Of a stretch of DNA of 64,000 nt, positions 17,851-29,187 are shown piece after piece. Location: assembly GCA_002709075.1 (NCBI GenBank), contig PAPV01000005.1:89989-153988 (forward strand), written 5' to 3'. A program made the position numbers and the translations under genes. The stretch is from Rhodospirillaceae bacterium (lineage in GTDB: Bacteria > Pseudomonadota > Alphaproteobacteria > MPNO01 > UBA2964). Every line of letters starts with the position of its first letter. The stretch's first letter is position 1. The notes beneath the pieces were generated by a model, which saw nothing but the letters and a program-made list of their open reading frames with translations, ran no database searches and was not told the DNA's origin.

Positions 17851-18476
17851 GAAATCAACACAATCATCTTCCTTACCCACCCTTTCTTCTGATAACCGAT
17901 AGAAAACAAGCCTGCTTGCCTCTAACGGATATTTGTGCGGCAGCTTCGCGCGCCGGCTGCAAATGGTTTATGGTTAGAGAGAAGGAAATAGGAGCTAATG
18001 ATCTCACTAGATTGACTCGTAGGATAATTGAAGTAGTTGATCCAGAAGCACGAGTAGTTGTTAATGGAAATGTTAGTTCGGCACTAAAAGCAGGCGCCAG
18101 TGGTATGCATTTTCAGTCGATAGAACTGGCTATAGAAGCTCGAAAGACCCTACCCTGTCACTTCTTAATCGGGTATTCTGCTCACAGTATTTCGGATGCG
18201 GCCGCCGCTGAACGTGCTGAATTGGATTATGTGACCTTAAGTCCAATTTTTAATACGAAAAGCAAACCTGGCTATGGACCCATTTTAGGGCTCAGTGGCC
18301 TCCGTTCTGCTGTAGTCGCACTTAATATTCCAATCATCGCTCTGGCTGGTATTTGTCATCAAAATGCTTCCGACGTTATATCTTCTGGCAGTGCAGGTTT
18401 TGCAGTGATGGGAGAGGTGATGCGGTCACCAAGACCGGAACCGACAACATCGAAATTTGTTGAAGAATACCTATGA
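17847..18476 (+). CDS. thiE: Thiamine-phosphate synthase ThiE
   Basis: 209 aa, overlaps the thiG stop; PFLLITD start and [15 protein letters not shown] motif. Confidence 0.8.
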   Translation: MRNQHNHLPYPPFLLITDRKQACLPLTDICAAASRAGCKWFMVREKEIGANDLTRLTRRIIEVVDPEARVVVNGNVSSALKAGASGMHFQSIELAIEARKTLPCHFLIGYSAHSISDAAAAERAELDYVTLSPIFNTKSKPGYGPILGLSGLRSAVVALNIPIIALAGICHQNASDVISSGSAGFAVMGEVMRSPRPEPTTSKFVEEYL

Positions 18477-18628
18477 AAAAACCTCAATGATATCAAAATA
18501 TTTGTTAAAATAATTTAGAAATTAAAATTAAATTATTAACAACAATTTTCCCTTAGGCAAAATGCAAAATAAATCATTAGAAATCAATATTCTCCAACGA
18601 TATTTCTCTCGAAGGCTTTAAAGTGATT

Positions 18629-19396
18629 TTAGAAGACAAATTGTTCATTTAGTATTCGATCTTCTAAATTATGTTCAGGGTCAAAAAGAAGGCTAAGAGT
18701 AATATCACGGTTCTGACTTACTATAACATTTTTAACGTTTCGAACCTCAGTGTAGTCTGCTACGGCGCTTACAGGGCGTTTCTCTGCTTCTTGAATTTCC
18801 AAATCTATTCTGACATGTGCTGGGAGTAGAGCACCACGCCATCTCCTTGGCCTAAATGCACTTATTGGAGTAAGCGCTAAAAGATCTGTTCCCAATGGAA
18901 TAATTGGTCCATGTGCAGACAGATTATATGCGGTGCTACCAGCGGGTGTTGCGATCAGGGAGCCATCACAAATTAACTCCTCCATTCGGACTTGTTGGTC
19001 AATTGAAATTCGTAACTTTGCGGCTTGTCGTGTTTGACGTAACAGCGCCACTTCATTTATGCAAAGTGCACGTGATTTATGTCCGTGAATGTCTTCTGTT
19101 AGCATTTCCAAAGGATGAAGCTTTACCACTTTAGCATTATTAAGTCGATTTTTTAGTCCGGCTTCTTTATACTGATTCATAAGAAAACCAATAGTTCCCC
19201 TGTTCATGCCATATATTGGTAGTCCATTTTCAAATCCACTATGCAGTGTCTCGAGCATAGTACCGTCGCCTCCTAACACAACCATGGCGTCAGCATCTTT
19301 GATTTCAACATTACCATACAGTTGCCTCATGCGAAGCGAAGCATTGTAAGCATCTTCTTCGTCAGAATTTACAAAGTGAAGTTTTTCAAAGCTCAT
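18629..19396 (-). CDS. nadK: NAD(+) kinase
   Basis: GGDGTML motif ([17 protein letters not shown]) and the NE/D short motif region; 255 aa. Confidence 0.9.
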   Translation of the reverse strand: MSFEKLHFVNSDEEDAYNASLRMRQLYGNVEIKDADAMVVLGGDGTMLETLHSGFENGLPIYGMNRGTIGFLMNQYKEAGLKNRLNNAKVVKLHPLEMLTEDIHGHKSRALCINEVALLRQTRQAAKLRISIDQQVRMEELICDGSLIATPAGSTAYNLSAHGPIIPLGTDLLALTPISAFRPRRWRGALLPAHVRIDLEIQEAEKRPVSAVADYTEVRNVKNVIVSQNRDITLSLLFDPEHNLEDRILNEQFVF

Positions 19397-19735
19397 TACA
19401 ATAATTTAGTAGATATTGGATTTTATTTCTATAAGTTTTACGGACAATTGAAATTCCTAATTATCGAGGTGACAATATTGTTTTAACCATCTCTGGCCCA
19501 AATATAGGACCAACATTCCAAATCTTGTCCTTAAATTACTCTCAAACTGTCAAAATGAGAAAAATGCGGTGCTTTATTAAAAATTCAATAAAGTATTGCG
19601 TTGCTCTTGACTGCTTCTAAGTTCTCAAAATTTTATTAATATGAATTTTTAATTGTTTTTTTAATAAAATCATTATCTCTACGATGTCGATTTTATACCA
19701 TCTATAGTTTATTCTCGTCTGCCATTCCAACTATC

Positions 19736-20308
19736 CTATTTTTCCTGATCGTGTGCTAAATCTTCTTCCTGTATCGGCGCTCCAGACTGCGATTGTGTGG
19801 CTTTGGAAACTTGTTCGTCGCGGGTACTATTGACTTCATTAGCTTGCAGTTCTGCTTCTTCCTCTGACCTGGCTACGTTTATGGTGACCGAAACTGAAAT
19901 TTCGGGATGCAGCAGAATGCGTATGGAATGAAGACCCAATGACTTTATTGGATTGCCCATCTGAACCTGCTTGCTATCAATAGTGAAACCGGCATCAGTT
20001 ACAGTTTGGGCAATATTCCGAACAGTTACCGAACCATACAGTTGATCATTGTCACTTGCTTGACGAACAATCACAAAGATTTGATTATTCAGTTTGAGAC
20101 CAACGGCCTCAGCTTCCGATTTTCTTTCTAGATTTACTGCTTCTAACTGGGCGCGGTGATTCTCAAAGCTTTGGCGGTTTGCGGTCGTAGCCCGCAAAGC
20201 TTTTTTCTGCGGCAAAAGATAATTTCTGGCAAAGCCTGGCTTGACGGTTACTACATCTCCCATTTGTCCAAGCTTCTCGATTCTCTCGAGAAGGATCACC
20301 TCCATCAT
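19736..20308 (-). CDS. rplI: 50S ribosomal protein L9 with an acidic C-terminal extension
   Basis: [37 protein letters not shown] is canonical L9. Confidence 0.95.
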   Translation of the reverse strand: MMEVILLERIEKLGQMGDVVTVKPGFARNYLLPQKKALRATTANRQSFENHRAQLEAVNLERKSEAEAVGLKLNNQIFVIVRQASDNDQLYGSVTVRNIAQTVTDAGFTIDSKQVQMGNPIKSLGLHSIRILLHPEISVSVTINVARSEEEAELQANEVNSTRDEQVSKATQSQSGAPIQEEDLAHDQEK

Positions 20309-21240
20309 TCGTCCTCCTTACTAATACTTTGATCCGGACCAAAGCGTCGCCTGAGCCCGGCCCATTGTTCAACTGCACCCAAAAAGGCCAAACATCCCGC
20401 CAAAACGAAAAGAAGACCAAATAAAACACCAAGCACAAATAGTGCTATGTAAACGCCAAAAAGAATTGATTTCTTCCTGTCACTTCTTCTTGAAAGCGTG
20501 TGTATAACTGCTAACCCGGCGAGAAGAAAGGGAAATGATAGAAATATTGCCGAATTCAAACCTAATTTTCCTAAAAAATTGGGGAAGAAACAAGCAATTA
20601 TGGATGTGAAAAATAAGACACAGAGCCAGTTAGGAAGCTTAGTGCTAGAATAATGCGGTCTTCGCAATGTGGATTTGTCGGAATGAAAAAGTATTCTTTC
20701 AACAAACACTCCGTTTAGAACTAAAATTATAAACGCTACAATTGCCAACCCAGCCGGAGCAATGGAAGAGGCATAATGCACCATAAGTTTGTATGCATTG
20801 GCGGCATGTTGTTTCTGTTCAGGGTTTGAACCTAATTGTAACTGAGAAAAAAATTGCCCAAAAGTTTTTTCTATTTGTGTCTCAATCCAAGTACCTATGC
20901 TTAAAATATCAATTGTTATAAAGGAAATGACCAATAAGCCGAAAACAGAAATTGTCGCTAAAATTTTTCCACAATCGGGACGACTCCCAGTTTCTGAGCT
21001 TTTAAAAGCAATCCAAATAGTAATTGCTGATGGTATCGCGGTAGTTCCGAGATATAAAAGCGTGTCTACACCGCCAGCTACATAAAGCATAGAGAGAGCG
21101 CCGAAAGCTGCACTAATTGATGCAATAGAGGCACCAAAAACCAGTCCCATGCCGATCAACGGGGCTGGCCCAAAAATGAGAAGACTCAGAAAGGCGCTAC
21201 AAAGACCAGACAGTAGCGCCAAGAGAAGCGCTTTATTCAC
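20305..21240 (-). CDS. Conserved polytopic membrane protein (DUF2232-like) between rpsR and rplI
   Basis: Eight or more hydrophobic helices. Its position between rpsR and rplI is conserved in alphaproteobacteria. Confidence 0.5.
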   Translation of the reverse strand: MNKALLLALLSGLCSAFLSLLIFGPAPLIGMGLVFGASIASISAAFGALSMLYVAGGVDTLLYLGTTAIPSAITIWIAFKSSETGSRPDCGKILATISVFGLLVISFITIDILSIGTWIETQIEKTFGQFFSQLQLGSNPEQKQHAANAYKLMVHYASSIAPAGLAIVAFIILVLNGVFVERILFHSDKSTLRRPHYSSTKLPNWLCVLFFTSIIACFFPNFLGKLGLNSAIFLSFPFLLAGLAVIHTLSRRSDRKKSILFGVYIALFVLGVLFGLLFVLAGCLAFLGAVEQWAGLRRRFGPDQSISKEDE

Positions 21241-21260
21241 GAAAAGTCCCGAATGGTATA

Positions 21261-21491
21261 TTAATCGAGAACAAACGGCATAAGTGCGAGATTGCGTGCT
21301 CGCTTTATTGCTCTCGCCAATTCACGCTGTTTTTTTGATGAAACAGCAGTGATCCTGCGAGGCACAATTTTTCCTCGCTCAGAGACAAACCGCTGGAGTA
21401 GTTTAACATCTTTATAATCAATTTTGGGAGCATTTGGTCCAGAAAAAGGACAACTCTTCTGACGTCGAAAGAACGGACGGCGGTTTTTCAT
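21261..21491 (-). CDS. rpsR: 30S ribosomal protein S18
   Basis: [58 protein letters not shown]. Confidence 0.95.
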   Translation of the reverse strand: MKNRRPFFRRQKSCPFSGPNAPKIDYKDVKLLQRFVSERGKIVPRRITAVSSKKQRELARAIKRARNLALMPFVLD

Positions 21492-21937
21492 TCATCAACT
21501 CCCGTATTAGAAAAATTTTCTTCGGACGAGGTATCTCCGGTGTATTCTTTGCTGTAAGCGTTGTTATCTGGTTCAGCACTCTGATTGTCCTGCGGCACTC
21601 GATCCTCACGAGGTCCTTTGTTGCGAATCATGACAGATGGCTCTTCCTCCAATGAGTCAACTTTGATAGTCAAAAAACGCAAAATATCTTCATTTAAGCG
21701 CATGTTTCTTTCTAGTTCCTTTATCGCTGCTGGTGGAGCTTCTAATTTTATCATTGTGTAGTGCCCCTTGCGATTTTTCTTAATTTTGTAAGCAAGAGAT
21801 TTTAATCCCCAATATTCATCATTGGCAGGTGCCCCACCGTTTTCAACAATAATTTGTTTCAATGACTCTGTAAGAGACTCTACCTGAGCGGCAGTGATGT
21901 CTGGACGAGCAATAAAAACGCTTTCGTAATATGACAA
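21488..21937 (-). CDS. rpsF: 30S ribosomal protein S6. The preferred TTG start gives [13 protein letters not shown]; the track extends to ATG 21970
   Basis: The S6 N-terminus is conserved as M-x-x-YE-x-VFI(A)R. A GAGGAG Shine-Dalgarno lies 6 nt upstream of the TTG at 21937. Acidic C-terminal tail. Confidence 0.85.
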   Translation of the reverse strand: MSYYESVFIARPDITAAQVESLTESLKQIIVENGGAPANDEYWGLKSLAYKIKKNRKGHYTMIKLEAPPAAIKELERNMRLNEDILRFLTIKVDSLEEEPSVMIRNKGPREDRVPQDNQSAEPDNNAYSKEYTGDTSSEENFSNTGVDE

Positions 21938-21943
21938 TTTTTT

Positions 21944-21949
21944 CTCCTC
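21944..21949 (-). promoter_or_regulatory. Shine-Dalgarno (GAGGAG) for the rpsF TTG start
   Basis: Perfect anti-SD complement 6 nt upstream of the TTG. It lies inside the extended ORF called by the track. Confidence 0.6.
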
Positions 21950-22207
21950 AATAACGCAGGAAAATAACATCTATCCAAAATGATCCGGTGTAATATAATC
22001 ACATATACTGAAACATTTTTACATCGAAAAAAGGATAACTGAGCAATGTTCCCCAGAGGGGCGCGAATATACACATTTGACGTGTAGTTGCAAGTCTATG
22101 AAAGTTAAATCCAAATGTGTTTGTATCTCTAGTTGACATGATCTTTCGTAAGCTTATCAATCAATTTAGTGGATCAAATTAATTTAAACTGAATTTGTGG
22201 AGGTTTT

Positions 22208-23149
22208 ATGACACTTGCATTTGTCTTTCCCGGTCAGGGCTCGCAAGCAATTGGCATGGGGCAGGATCTAGCTGATGCGTTTATTGAGGCGCGAGAAACA
22301 TTTGAAGAGATAGATGATGCACTTGAACAAAATCTATTCCGGCTTATGTGCGAAGGGCCGGAAAGTGATTTAACACTCACCGAGAATGCGCAGCCCGCGT
22401 TGATGGCTGTAAGTCTCGCTGTAATCCGTGTGCTAGAAAGACATTGCGGACTTGATTTGGTTCAAGAATTATCTTTTGTAGCTGGACACTCCCTTGGAGA
22501 GTACTCCGCTTTAGCTGCAGCGAAAACCTTTTCAATTTCGGATACCGCAAGACTTTTAAAAATTCGCGGTCAGGCTATGCAAGCAGCAGTGCCGGTAGGT
22601 CAGGGTGGAATGGCGGCAATCATAGGTGTGGATCTTGACAGCGCGATATCACTTGCAAAGGCTGTCTCTGCAGACGAAGTATGTACCACTGCAAACGATA
22701 ACGCGCCGGGGCAGATTGTTCTGTCGGGGGATATTAACGCCATCGAAAAGGCTGTTAGAAAAGCAGCAGATTACGGTGCTCGACGTGCAATTCCTTTGCA
22801 AGTGAGCGCACCTTTTCACTGTTCATTGATGAAACCTGCAGCCAAGAGAATGGCTGATGCTCTAAACTCTGTAGAAATATCAGCACCTCTAATCCCGCTA
22901 ATTGCTAATGTCACTGCAAAGCCAGTAGCTGATCCTAATTCGATACGTCAACTGCTTATTGAGCAAGTAACTGGAATGGTTCGTTGGCGAGAAAGCATAC
23001 TCGTCTTGAAAGAACTAGGTGTGCACAAGTTAGTAGAAGTTGGATCGGGAACAGTACTTTCCGGGTTAAGCAGAAGGATCGACAAAAGTTTGAGCACAAC
23101 TTCTATCTCAGATCCGGATGGAATAGATAGCTTTGTTGAAAGTTTGTAA
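22208..23149 (+). CDS. fabD: Malonyl-CoA:ACP transacylase
   Basis: FVFPGQGSQAIGMG and GHSLGEYSAL active-site motifs. Confidence 0.95.
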   Translation: MTLAFVFPGQGSQAIGMGQDLADAFIEARETFEEIDDALEQNLFRLMCEGPESDLTLTENAQPALMAVSLAVIRVLERHCGLDLVQELSFVAGHSLGEYSALAAAKTFSISDTARLLKIRGQAMQAAVPVGQGGMAAIIGVDLDSAISLAKAVSADEVCTTANDNAPGQIVLSGDINAIEKAVRKAADYGARRAIPLQVSAPFHCSLMKPAAKRMADALNSVEISAPLIPLIANVTAKPVADPNSIRQLLIEQVTGMVRWRESILVLKELGVHKLVEVGSGTVLSGLSRRIDKSLSTTSISDPDGIDSFVESL

Positions 23150-23179
23150 ACACCTTGAGGGTTTGGAAGGATCGTAAAA

Positions 23180-23917
23180 ATGTTTGATTTTTCAGGAAGA
23201 AACGTATTAATAACCGGAGCTAGTGGTGACATCGGGCATGCTATTGCACATTCCTTTCATTCACATGGTGCAAAGATAGCAATTAGTGGGCGCAATGAGA
23301 CCTCGCTTAACAATTTAGTTGCTGAATTAGGTAAAAATACTTATGCGATTCCAGCATCGCTCGATAATGCGGAAAATATTTCTAATTTATTTAAGTCCGC
23401 AATGAAAACAATTGGAACAATCGACATTTTAGTAAATAATGCTGGAATTACGCGTGATATGTTAGCAATGCGAATGTCAAATGAGGATTGGTCCTCAGTA
23501 ATACAAGTAAATATGACTGCGTCCTTTCAACTTTGCAGGGCGGTGTTAAGGGGAATGATAAAGGTGCGTCGGGGCAGAATTATTAATATTACATCTGTTG
23601 TTGGAGTTACCGGGAATCCAGGCCAAGCAAATTATGCTGCTTCAAAAGCAGGTTTACTAGGGATGAGCAAAGCACTAGCGTTGGAAGTAGCACAGCGAGG
23701 GATTACAGTTAATTGTGTTGCTCCTGGTTTTATTAGTACAGCAATGACAGAAAAGTTATCCGAACAACAGAAAAATTTGTTACTTGAAAAAACGCCTGCT
23801 GGTCGTCTTGGAAAACCAGAAGACGTTGCCGCTTGCGTAACTTTTTTGGCAAGTGATGAAGCCAGTTTTATCACAGGGCAAACCTTACACGTTAATGGTG
23901 GTCTAGCAATGATTTAA
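23180..23917 (+). CDS. fabG: 3-oxoacyl-ACP reductase
   Basis: SDR with TGASGDIGHAIA and the YAASKAG catalytic block. Lies between fabD and acpP. Confidence 0.9.
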   Translation: MFDFSGRNVLITGASGDIGHAIAHSFHSHGAKIAISGRNETSLNNLVAELGKNTYAIPASLDNAENISNLFKSAMKTIGTIDILVNNAGITRDMLAMRMSNEDWSSVIQVNMTASFQLCRAVLRGMIKVRRGRIINITSVVGVTGNPGQANYAASKAGLLGMSKALALEVAQRGITVNCVAPGFISTAMTEKLSEQQKNLLLEKTPAGRLGKPEDVAACVTFLASDEASFITGQTLHVNGGLAMI

Positions 23918-24065
23918 TTTAAATGTGGGCTTGCAGTTTGTGCTTGATTGGTCGTACAACCAATTTACTTGGTGTGGATTAAATGGAATATCTTTTGATT
24001 CTTCCTCACCAGGTATAGCGTTAGTTGAAAACTTATGTACTTAAAAAATTTAGGGATAAACCGGT

Positions 24066-24305
24066 ATGAGTGAAATTGCAGAAAGTGTAAAAAAAATTGT
24101 TGTTGAACATCTTGGTGTAGATGAATCAAAAGTAGTTGATACCGCTAGCTTTATAGATGACTTGGGAGCTGACAGTTTAGATACTGTAGAGCTTGTAATG
24201 GCGTTCGAGGAAGAGTTTGAGTGTGAGATACCCGATGATGCTGCGGAGAAGATTTTAACAGTTAAAGATGCTATTTCCTTCATTGAGGAAAATTCTGGCA
24301 GTTAA
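24066..24305 (+). CDS. acpP: Acyl carrier protein
   Basis: [20 protein letters not shown], the phosphopantetheine-attachment serine motif. Confidence 0.95.
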   Translation: MSEIAESVKKIVVEHLGVDESKVVDTASFIDDLGADSLDTVELVMAFEEEFECEIPDDAAEKILTVKDAISFIEENSGS

Positions 24306-24362
24306 GATTTGGTTGGCCCAATGTCTTATATTTTGTGATGCTCTCCTACGGACCTTAAAAAA

Positions 24363-25622
24363 ATGAGGCGCGTTGTTGTTACAGGACTTGGTTTGGTCAC
24401 ACCCTTGGGCGAGGGTGTTGAGGCTAACTGGCAAAAACTAATTGCTGGCGAGTCTGGGGTCGGCAGCATAAAGAGTTTTGATACTTCTGGTCTTAGTGTA
24501 ACAATCGGTGCTGAGGTCCCTATCGGTGATGGACTGGGTGAGTTTAATGCTGATAATTGGCTTGAAGCTAAAGATCAGCGCAAGAACGACAAGTTCATAA
24601 TCTATGCTATTGCTGCAGCATCTCAGGCAGTATTAGACTCGGGGTGGCATCCCGAGGACACAGAGAGTAGTGAACGCACTGGCGTCATGATTGGTTCTGG
24701 TGTCGGCGGACTGCCAGGTATTTACGATGCTTCGGTGGTTTTGCACGAGCGGGGTCCAAGACGAATCTCGCCATTTTTTATATCCTCAACTTTAATCAAT
24801 CTTGCATCTGGCCAAGTTTCAATTCGATTTGGGTTTAAGGGACCAAACCATTCGGCGGCAACCGCATGCTCAACGGGAGCTCACGCGATAGGGGACGCGG
24901 GACGGTTTATACAAATGGGTGATGCAGATGTTATGATTGCTGGAGGTGCAGAGGCCGCAATTTCTAGGATTGGAATTGCTGGTTTTGCTGCTGCAAAAGC
25001 TTTAGCGCGAAAATATAACGATAATCCATCAGCAGCTTCACGCCCTTGGGATAAAGCTCGAGATGGATTTGTTATGGGTGAAGGGGCAGGTGTGCTTGTT
25101 TTAGAGGAATTAGAACATGCGAAGGCGCGAGGAGCAAAAATATATGCTGAGCTCGTTGGATATGGTTTGTCGGGCGATGCATATCATGTGACAGCCCCCT
25201 CTCAGGATGGTGATGGAGCAGTGCGGGCGATGAAAGCGGCTCTTAAGAGAGCTGGTTTGGCACACGAGGAGGTTGATTATGTGAATGCACACGGGACTTC
25301 AACACCGCGCGGCGATGAAATAGAACTAAATGCGGTAAAGCAAGTTTTTCAATCTCATGCTTATAACATTTCAATGTCTTCAACAAAATCAGCTATAGGA
25401 CATCTCCTTGGGGCAGCAGGTGCTGTTGAAGCTATTTTTTCGATCCTTTCTATGCGCGACTTTGTGGTGCCCCCTACACTTAATCTAGATAATCCGGCCG
25501 AAGGTTGTGACATCGATTTAGTACCTCATAAAGCTAAAGAGCGCCCCGTTAAAGCCGCGATGTCGAATTCTTTTGGATTCGGAGGAACTAACGCAACTCT
25601 CATATTTAAAAATTTTTCCTGA
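24363..25622 (+). CDS. fabF: 3-oxoacyl-ACP synthase II
   Basis: KAS II pattern (ACSTGAHAIGDA, HGTSTPRGDEIE, GHLLGAAGAVEAI). Confidence 0.95.
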   Translation: MRRVVVTGLGLVTPLGEGVEANWQKLIAGESGVGSIKSFDTSGLSVTIGAEVPIGDGLGEFNADNWLEAKDQRKNDKFIIYAIAAASQAVLDSGWHPEDTESSERTGVMIGSGVGGLPGIYDASVVLHERGPRRISPFFISSTLINLASGQVSIRFGFKGPNHSAATACSTGAHAIGDAGRFIQMGDADVMIAGGAEAAISRIGIAGFAAAKALARKYNDNPSAASRPWDKARDGFVMGEGAGVLVLEELEHAKARGAKIYAELVGYGLSGDAYHVTAPSQDGDGAVRAMKAALKRAGLAHEEVDYVNAHGTSTPRGDEIELNAVKQVFQSHAYNISMSSTKSAIGHLLGAAGAVEAIFSILSMRDFVVPPTLNLDNPAEGCDIDLVPHKAKERPVKAAMSNSFGFGGTNATLIFKNFS

Positions 25623-25629
25623 CCAAAAA

Positions 25630-26613
25630 ATGAAGTTGTTTCTTCGTCTAAGCTTAATTACAGCTGGTTTTACTTTAATTTTTATTATTGTGTTTATTTC
25701 TTGGTTTTGGATTTGTTACAACGCCGTTGTTACGATAAATCCAAAAAAGAGAGTTATTATTGATCGCGGCATGGGTATTGCTTCGATTTCCATCAAGCTT
25801 GCGGACGCGGGTGTAATAAATAACCCATTAGTGTTTAGAATAGGGGCCCAGTTTGATGGGCTTTCTAAAAAATTAAGAGCAGGTGAATTCCACTTTGCAG
25901 CAGGTTTAAGTGCCCGTGAGGTCGCACAACATATTGCAGCGGGGCAAATTGTTCAGCGGAGATTGACTATACCGGAAGGTTTATCCAGTGCCCAAATAAT
26001 AGATATGGTCAATAATGCTACGGGGTTGGTAGGAACAATTAGATTAAAATCCATAGCAGAGGGCAGCTTATTTCCAGACACCTATTTTTATGTATGGGGA
26101 GATAGCCGAAAAGCACTAATTCTGAGAATGGAAAAGTTGATGAAGAAAGCTGTAGCAGAACAATGGGAGAATTTAAGTCCTAAATCAATTTTGAAAACTA
26201 AGGAAGAATTACAGATACTAGCATCAATTATAGAAAAAGAGACCGGAGTAAATGCTGAGCGAGCAAGAATATCAGCTGTTTTTCAGAATCGACTTCGTAG
26301 GGGCATGAGATTGCAATCTGATCCTACTGTTGTTTATGCACTCACGCGTGGTAAGAGGCGCTTAAACCGGCGGCTGACATATGCAGATCTGAGAAAGAAC
26401 TCGCCTTATAATACATATCTCCACCACGGATTGCCGCCGGCTCCTATTGCCAGTCCAGGATACGATTCACTGAGGGCAGCAGCTCAACCACTGGTTAGCA
26501 AAGAACTTTATTTTGTGGCTGACGGAATGGGAGGACACGCATTTGCTCGCACCTTAAAAGATCATAACCGGAATGTTGCCAAGTGGCGTCGTAAAAGGGG
26601 CAAGGTAAATTAA
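25630..26613 (+). CDS. mltG: Endolytic murein transglycosylase MltG/YceG. The track ORF starts at 25573, inside fabF; MKLFLRL preferred
   Basis: N-terminal TM anchor, YceG-like body and position after fabF. Confidence 0.8.
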   Translation: MKLFLRLSLITAGFTLIFIIVFISWFWICYNAVVTINPKKRVIIDRGMGIASISIKLADAGVINNPLVFRIGAQFDGLSKKLRAGEFHFAAGLSAREVAQHIAAGQIVQRRLTIPEGLSSAQIIDMVNNATGLVGTIRLKSIAEGSLFPDTYFYVWGDSRKALILRMEKLMKKAVAEQWENLSPKSILKTKEELQILASIIEKETGVNAERARISAVFQNRLRRGMRLQSDPTVVYALTRGKRRLNRRLTYADLRKNSPYNTYLHHGLPPAPIASPGYDSLRAAAQPLVSKELYFVADGMGGHAFARTLKDHNRNVAKWRRKRGKVN

Positions 26614-26813
26614 TATAAATAAAAGTGATTGATATAAATCTACCAGTCATTGGTAATTGATTTTGTAAGTTTGTGTAATTCATGAAGAATTACGGGCAAA
26701 AATACATATATCAAATATTTGAAGAAAAAAGATCCGCACACTATTTCTGAAATATGTATTAAAAAATGAACGCGGTAAAAAATCTTTCGCGCGATGGGAT
26801 GGTTTAAAACAAT

Positions 26814-27557
26814 TTATTCTTTGTTTGGGAATTTGTTTGTTAAGTAATCGAAAAAGATGTTTGGCAACAACATCAATAATTTTATTGCCAGGTACATTTG
26901 CCAAGGAAAAATTATCAGCCTCTTATTACGTTGCATTCCTTGGCGAATTAGGTGTGCTGCGCGTGAGGCTGTCATTAAAAAGGGCATATAAAAATCATTG
27001 TTGGCGGTTATTCGGCTTTCTACGAACCCCGGACATATGACACATACTCTAATTCCTGAAGAAGCGAACCTGGAACGAAGTGCTTCCCCCCAAATTTTTA
27101 CGAATGCCTTGGAGGCTGAGTAGGCCGGAGCAGAAGCTAATCCTCTAAATCCAGCAATAGAACTTACAATGCCAATTTGTCCACCACCATTTTTTAGCAT
27201 AGTTTCCACTGAGGGAATCACTGTGTTCGTTATGCCGGCAACATTCACAGAGAAAATCTTTCTTGTTGTTTTAGAGAAACCAGCCCCCCTCTCTCCGGAA
27301 ATTCCAGCGTTCGCAAAGACAATGTTGAACGGCCCTTCAGCGTGAATAAGATTATTCATTGCTTCTTTGTCAGTAACATCAGCAATATGATCGTGCACAG
27401 TTGCTCCCTTTTTACGGCAAGAATTCGCAATGTGAGTTAAACGTGCAAGGTTCCTTCCGCAAAGTACTAAGTGTGTCCCGAAATCTGCATATTCTAGAGC
27501 CAATGCTTCACCTATCCCTGATGACGCCCCTGTAATCAGTATTGAATTATTTTCCAC
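26814..27557 (-). CDS. Short-chain dehydrogenase/reductase
   Basis: ILITGASSGIGEALA Rossmann motif and YSASKAF catalytic tetrad region. Confidence 0.8.
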   Translation of the reverse strand: MENNSILITGASSGIGEALALEYADFGTHLVLCGRNLARLTHIANSCRKKGATVHDHIADVTDKEAMNNLIHAEGPFNIVFANAGISGERGAGFSKTTRKIFSVNVAGITNTVIPSVETMLKNGGGQIGIVSSIAGFRGLASAPAYSASKAFVKIWGEALRSRFASSGIRVCVICPGFVESRITANNDFYMPFLMTASRAAHLIRQGMQRNKRLIIFPWQMYLAIKLLMLLPNIFFDYLTNKFPNKE

Positions 27558-27659
27558 TTTGCTTCCCGTTTCTCACACTTGTTGTTCCTATTAGCTCTGA
27601 TTATAATAAAAGGCTATAGAAAATGGCAAACGGTGGGGCGTCTTTTGGCTTTAGCGAGC

Positions 27660-28532
27660 ATGACTGGATTTAGTGTCGTTACTGGGAATAGTGGTAGTTA
27701 TGCCTGGAGTTGGGAGCTGAGAAGCGTTAATTCGAGGTCTCTGGATTTAAGAATTAGGCTGCCTTCTGGCTTTGAACAAATCGAATCAGACATTAGAAAT
27801 CAAATTGCTGAAAAATTTTCCCGGGGAAATATTTCTGTTCATCTATTATTGAGTGCTCCGGAGAAGCAAACACATTATCAAATAAATGAAAAAGCATTCA
27901 CGGAGCTCTATACTGCCTCGGCTGTTATGGCCAAAAAGTATGAAATGCCAACACCAATGATTGATACATTGCTCGGTTTACGCGGGGTAGTCGAAATTGT
28001 TGAGCAAGAACCAAGCGCCCAACAGAGACAAGTGTTGTATTCGGAATTGAAAAAGACTTTTTCTTTTGCTGCTGAAAAACTCTCAGAGAATAGACTGGAA
28101 GAAGGCCAACGGCTCCAAGCAGTAATCGAAGATGTCGTCAAAGAGATCGACCTCTTAGTTAATGCTCTCTCTAGAATTGCAGATGAGCAAAAAGTTGTAA
28201 TTCAACGAAGATTGTCTAAAAAGATTAATGAAATATTAGATGGAGATGAACGGTTGGCCCCAGAGAGATTGGCCCAAGAAGTCGCTTTTATAATGGCAAA
28301 GTCGGATATTAAAGAGGAAAGAGATAGATTGCAATCGCACATCTCAGCTACACGGGCGTTGCTAGATACCGATGAACCAGTAGGACGAAAACTTGATTTT
28401 TTGTGCCAAGAGTTTATTCGAGAGGTAAATACTATTTGCTCAAAAGCTGCAACAATAGATATAACAGATAACGGTCTTGCATTGAAAGCAGCCATAGATC
28501 GAATTCGTGAACAGGTTCAGAATATTGAATAA
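27660..28532 (+). CDS. yicC: YicC-family stress-induced protein. The track ORF starts at 27579; MTGFS preferred
   Basis: MTGFS...WELRSVNSRSLDLRIRLP is the YicC N-terminal signature. Confidence 0.8.
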   Translation: MTGFSVVTGNSGSYAWSWELRSVNSRSLDLRIRLPSGFEQIESDIRNQIAEKFSRGNISVHLLLSAPEKQTHYQINEKAFTELYTASAVMAKKYEMPTPMIDTLLGLRGVVEIVEQEPSAQQRQVLYSELKKTFSFAAEKLSENRLEEGQRLQAVIEDVVKEIDLLVNALSRIADEQKVVIQRRLSKKINEILDGDERLAPERLAQEVAFIMAKSDIKEERDRLQSHISATRALLDTDEPVGRKLDFLCQEFIREVNTICSKAATIDITDNGLALKAAIDRIREQVQNIE

Positions 28533-28581
28533 TCTTCAAGGAAATTCGTTTTATAAATCTAGCATAGGGCGGCGTGGACTA

Positions 28582-29187
28582 ATGCTCGTACTTTCTTCTC
28601 CTTCTGGGGCAGGAAAAACAACGATTTCCCGACATCTAATGGAACTTGATACCCAACTAACTATGTCTATCTCGGTAACAACCCGTCATAAACGGCCAGG
28701 AGAAAAGAACGGTAAAGACTATTATTTCGTTGATCCAACAGAATTTAATTTGATGATTAATCGGAGGGAGTTACTAGAACATGCCAAGGTATTTGGCAAT
28801 TATTATGGGACACCCGCAATTGCTGTGGAGAATGCATTAAAAAATGGTCGAGATGTGATATTTGATATTGATTGGCAAGGTGCACAACAAATTGCAGAAC
28901 GAGCAAGGGAGGATTTAGTAAGTGTTTTTATTTTACCACCCTCAACTGCAGAGTTAGATCGGAGACTGCACCGTCGTGCTCAAGATCCTGATGAGGTGGT
29001 CGCAGCTCGTATGGCTCGTGCACCCGACGAAATGAGTCACTATGCTGAATATGACTTCATCATAATTAATCATGATATAGATGAAAGTATTCGCAAGGTT
29101 CAGGCAATTTTAGCCTCTGAAAGAATTCGTCGTCGTCGATTGGTAGGACTTACTGAATTTGTGAAGCGCCTTCAAGAAGGTTATTAA
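28582..29187 (+). CDS. gmk: Guanylate kinase (start uncertain; the track ORF begins at 28507)
   Basis: P-loop SSPSGAGKTT and the GMP-binding region YYFVD. Confidence 0.85.
   Translation: MLVLSSPSGAGKTTISRHLMELDTQLTMSISVTTRHKRPGEKNGKDYYFVDPTEFNLMINRRELLEHAKVFGNYYGTPAIAVENALKNGRDVIFDIDWQGAQQIAERAREDLVSVFILPPSTAELDRRLHRRAQDPDEVVAARMARAPDEMSHYAEYDFIIINHDIDESIRKVQAILASERIRRRRLVGLTEFVKRLQEGY

Noticed and set aside
19736-19870. Acidic low-complexity C-terminal extension of L9 and the acidic tail of S6
   Set aside because: Such tails are common in alphaproteobacterial L9 and S6, so this is not unusual.
24306-24362. Possible terminator or attenuator hairpin after acpP (TTGG-ttggc-CCAA)
   Set aside because: Only a 4-bp stem with no clear U-tract. 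This is too weak to call.
26678-26696. 7-bp perfect inverted repeat GTAATTC-atgaa-GAATTAC in the mltG/SDR convergent spacer
   Set aside because: The AT-rich stem has no flanking U-run on either strand, so it is not reported as a terminator.
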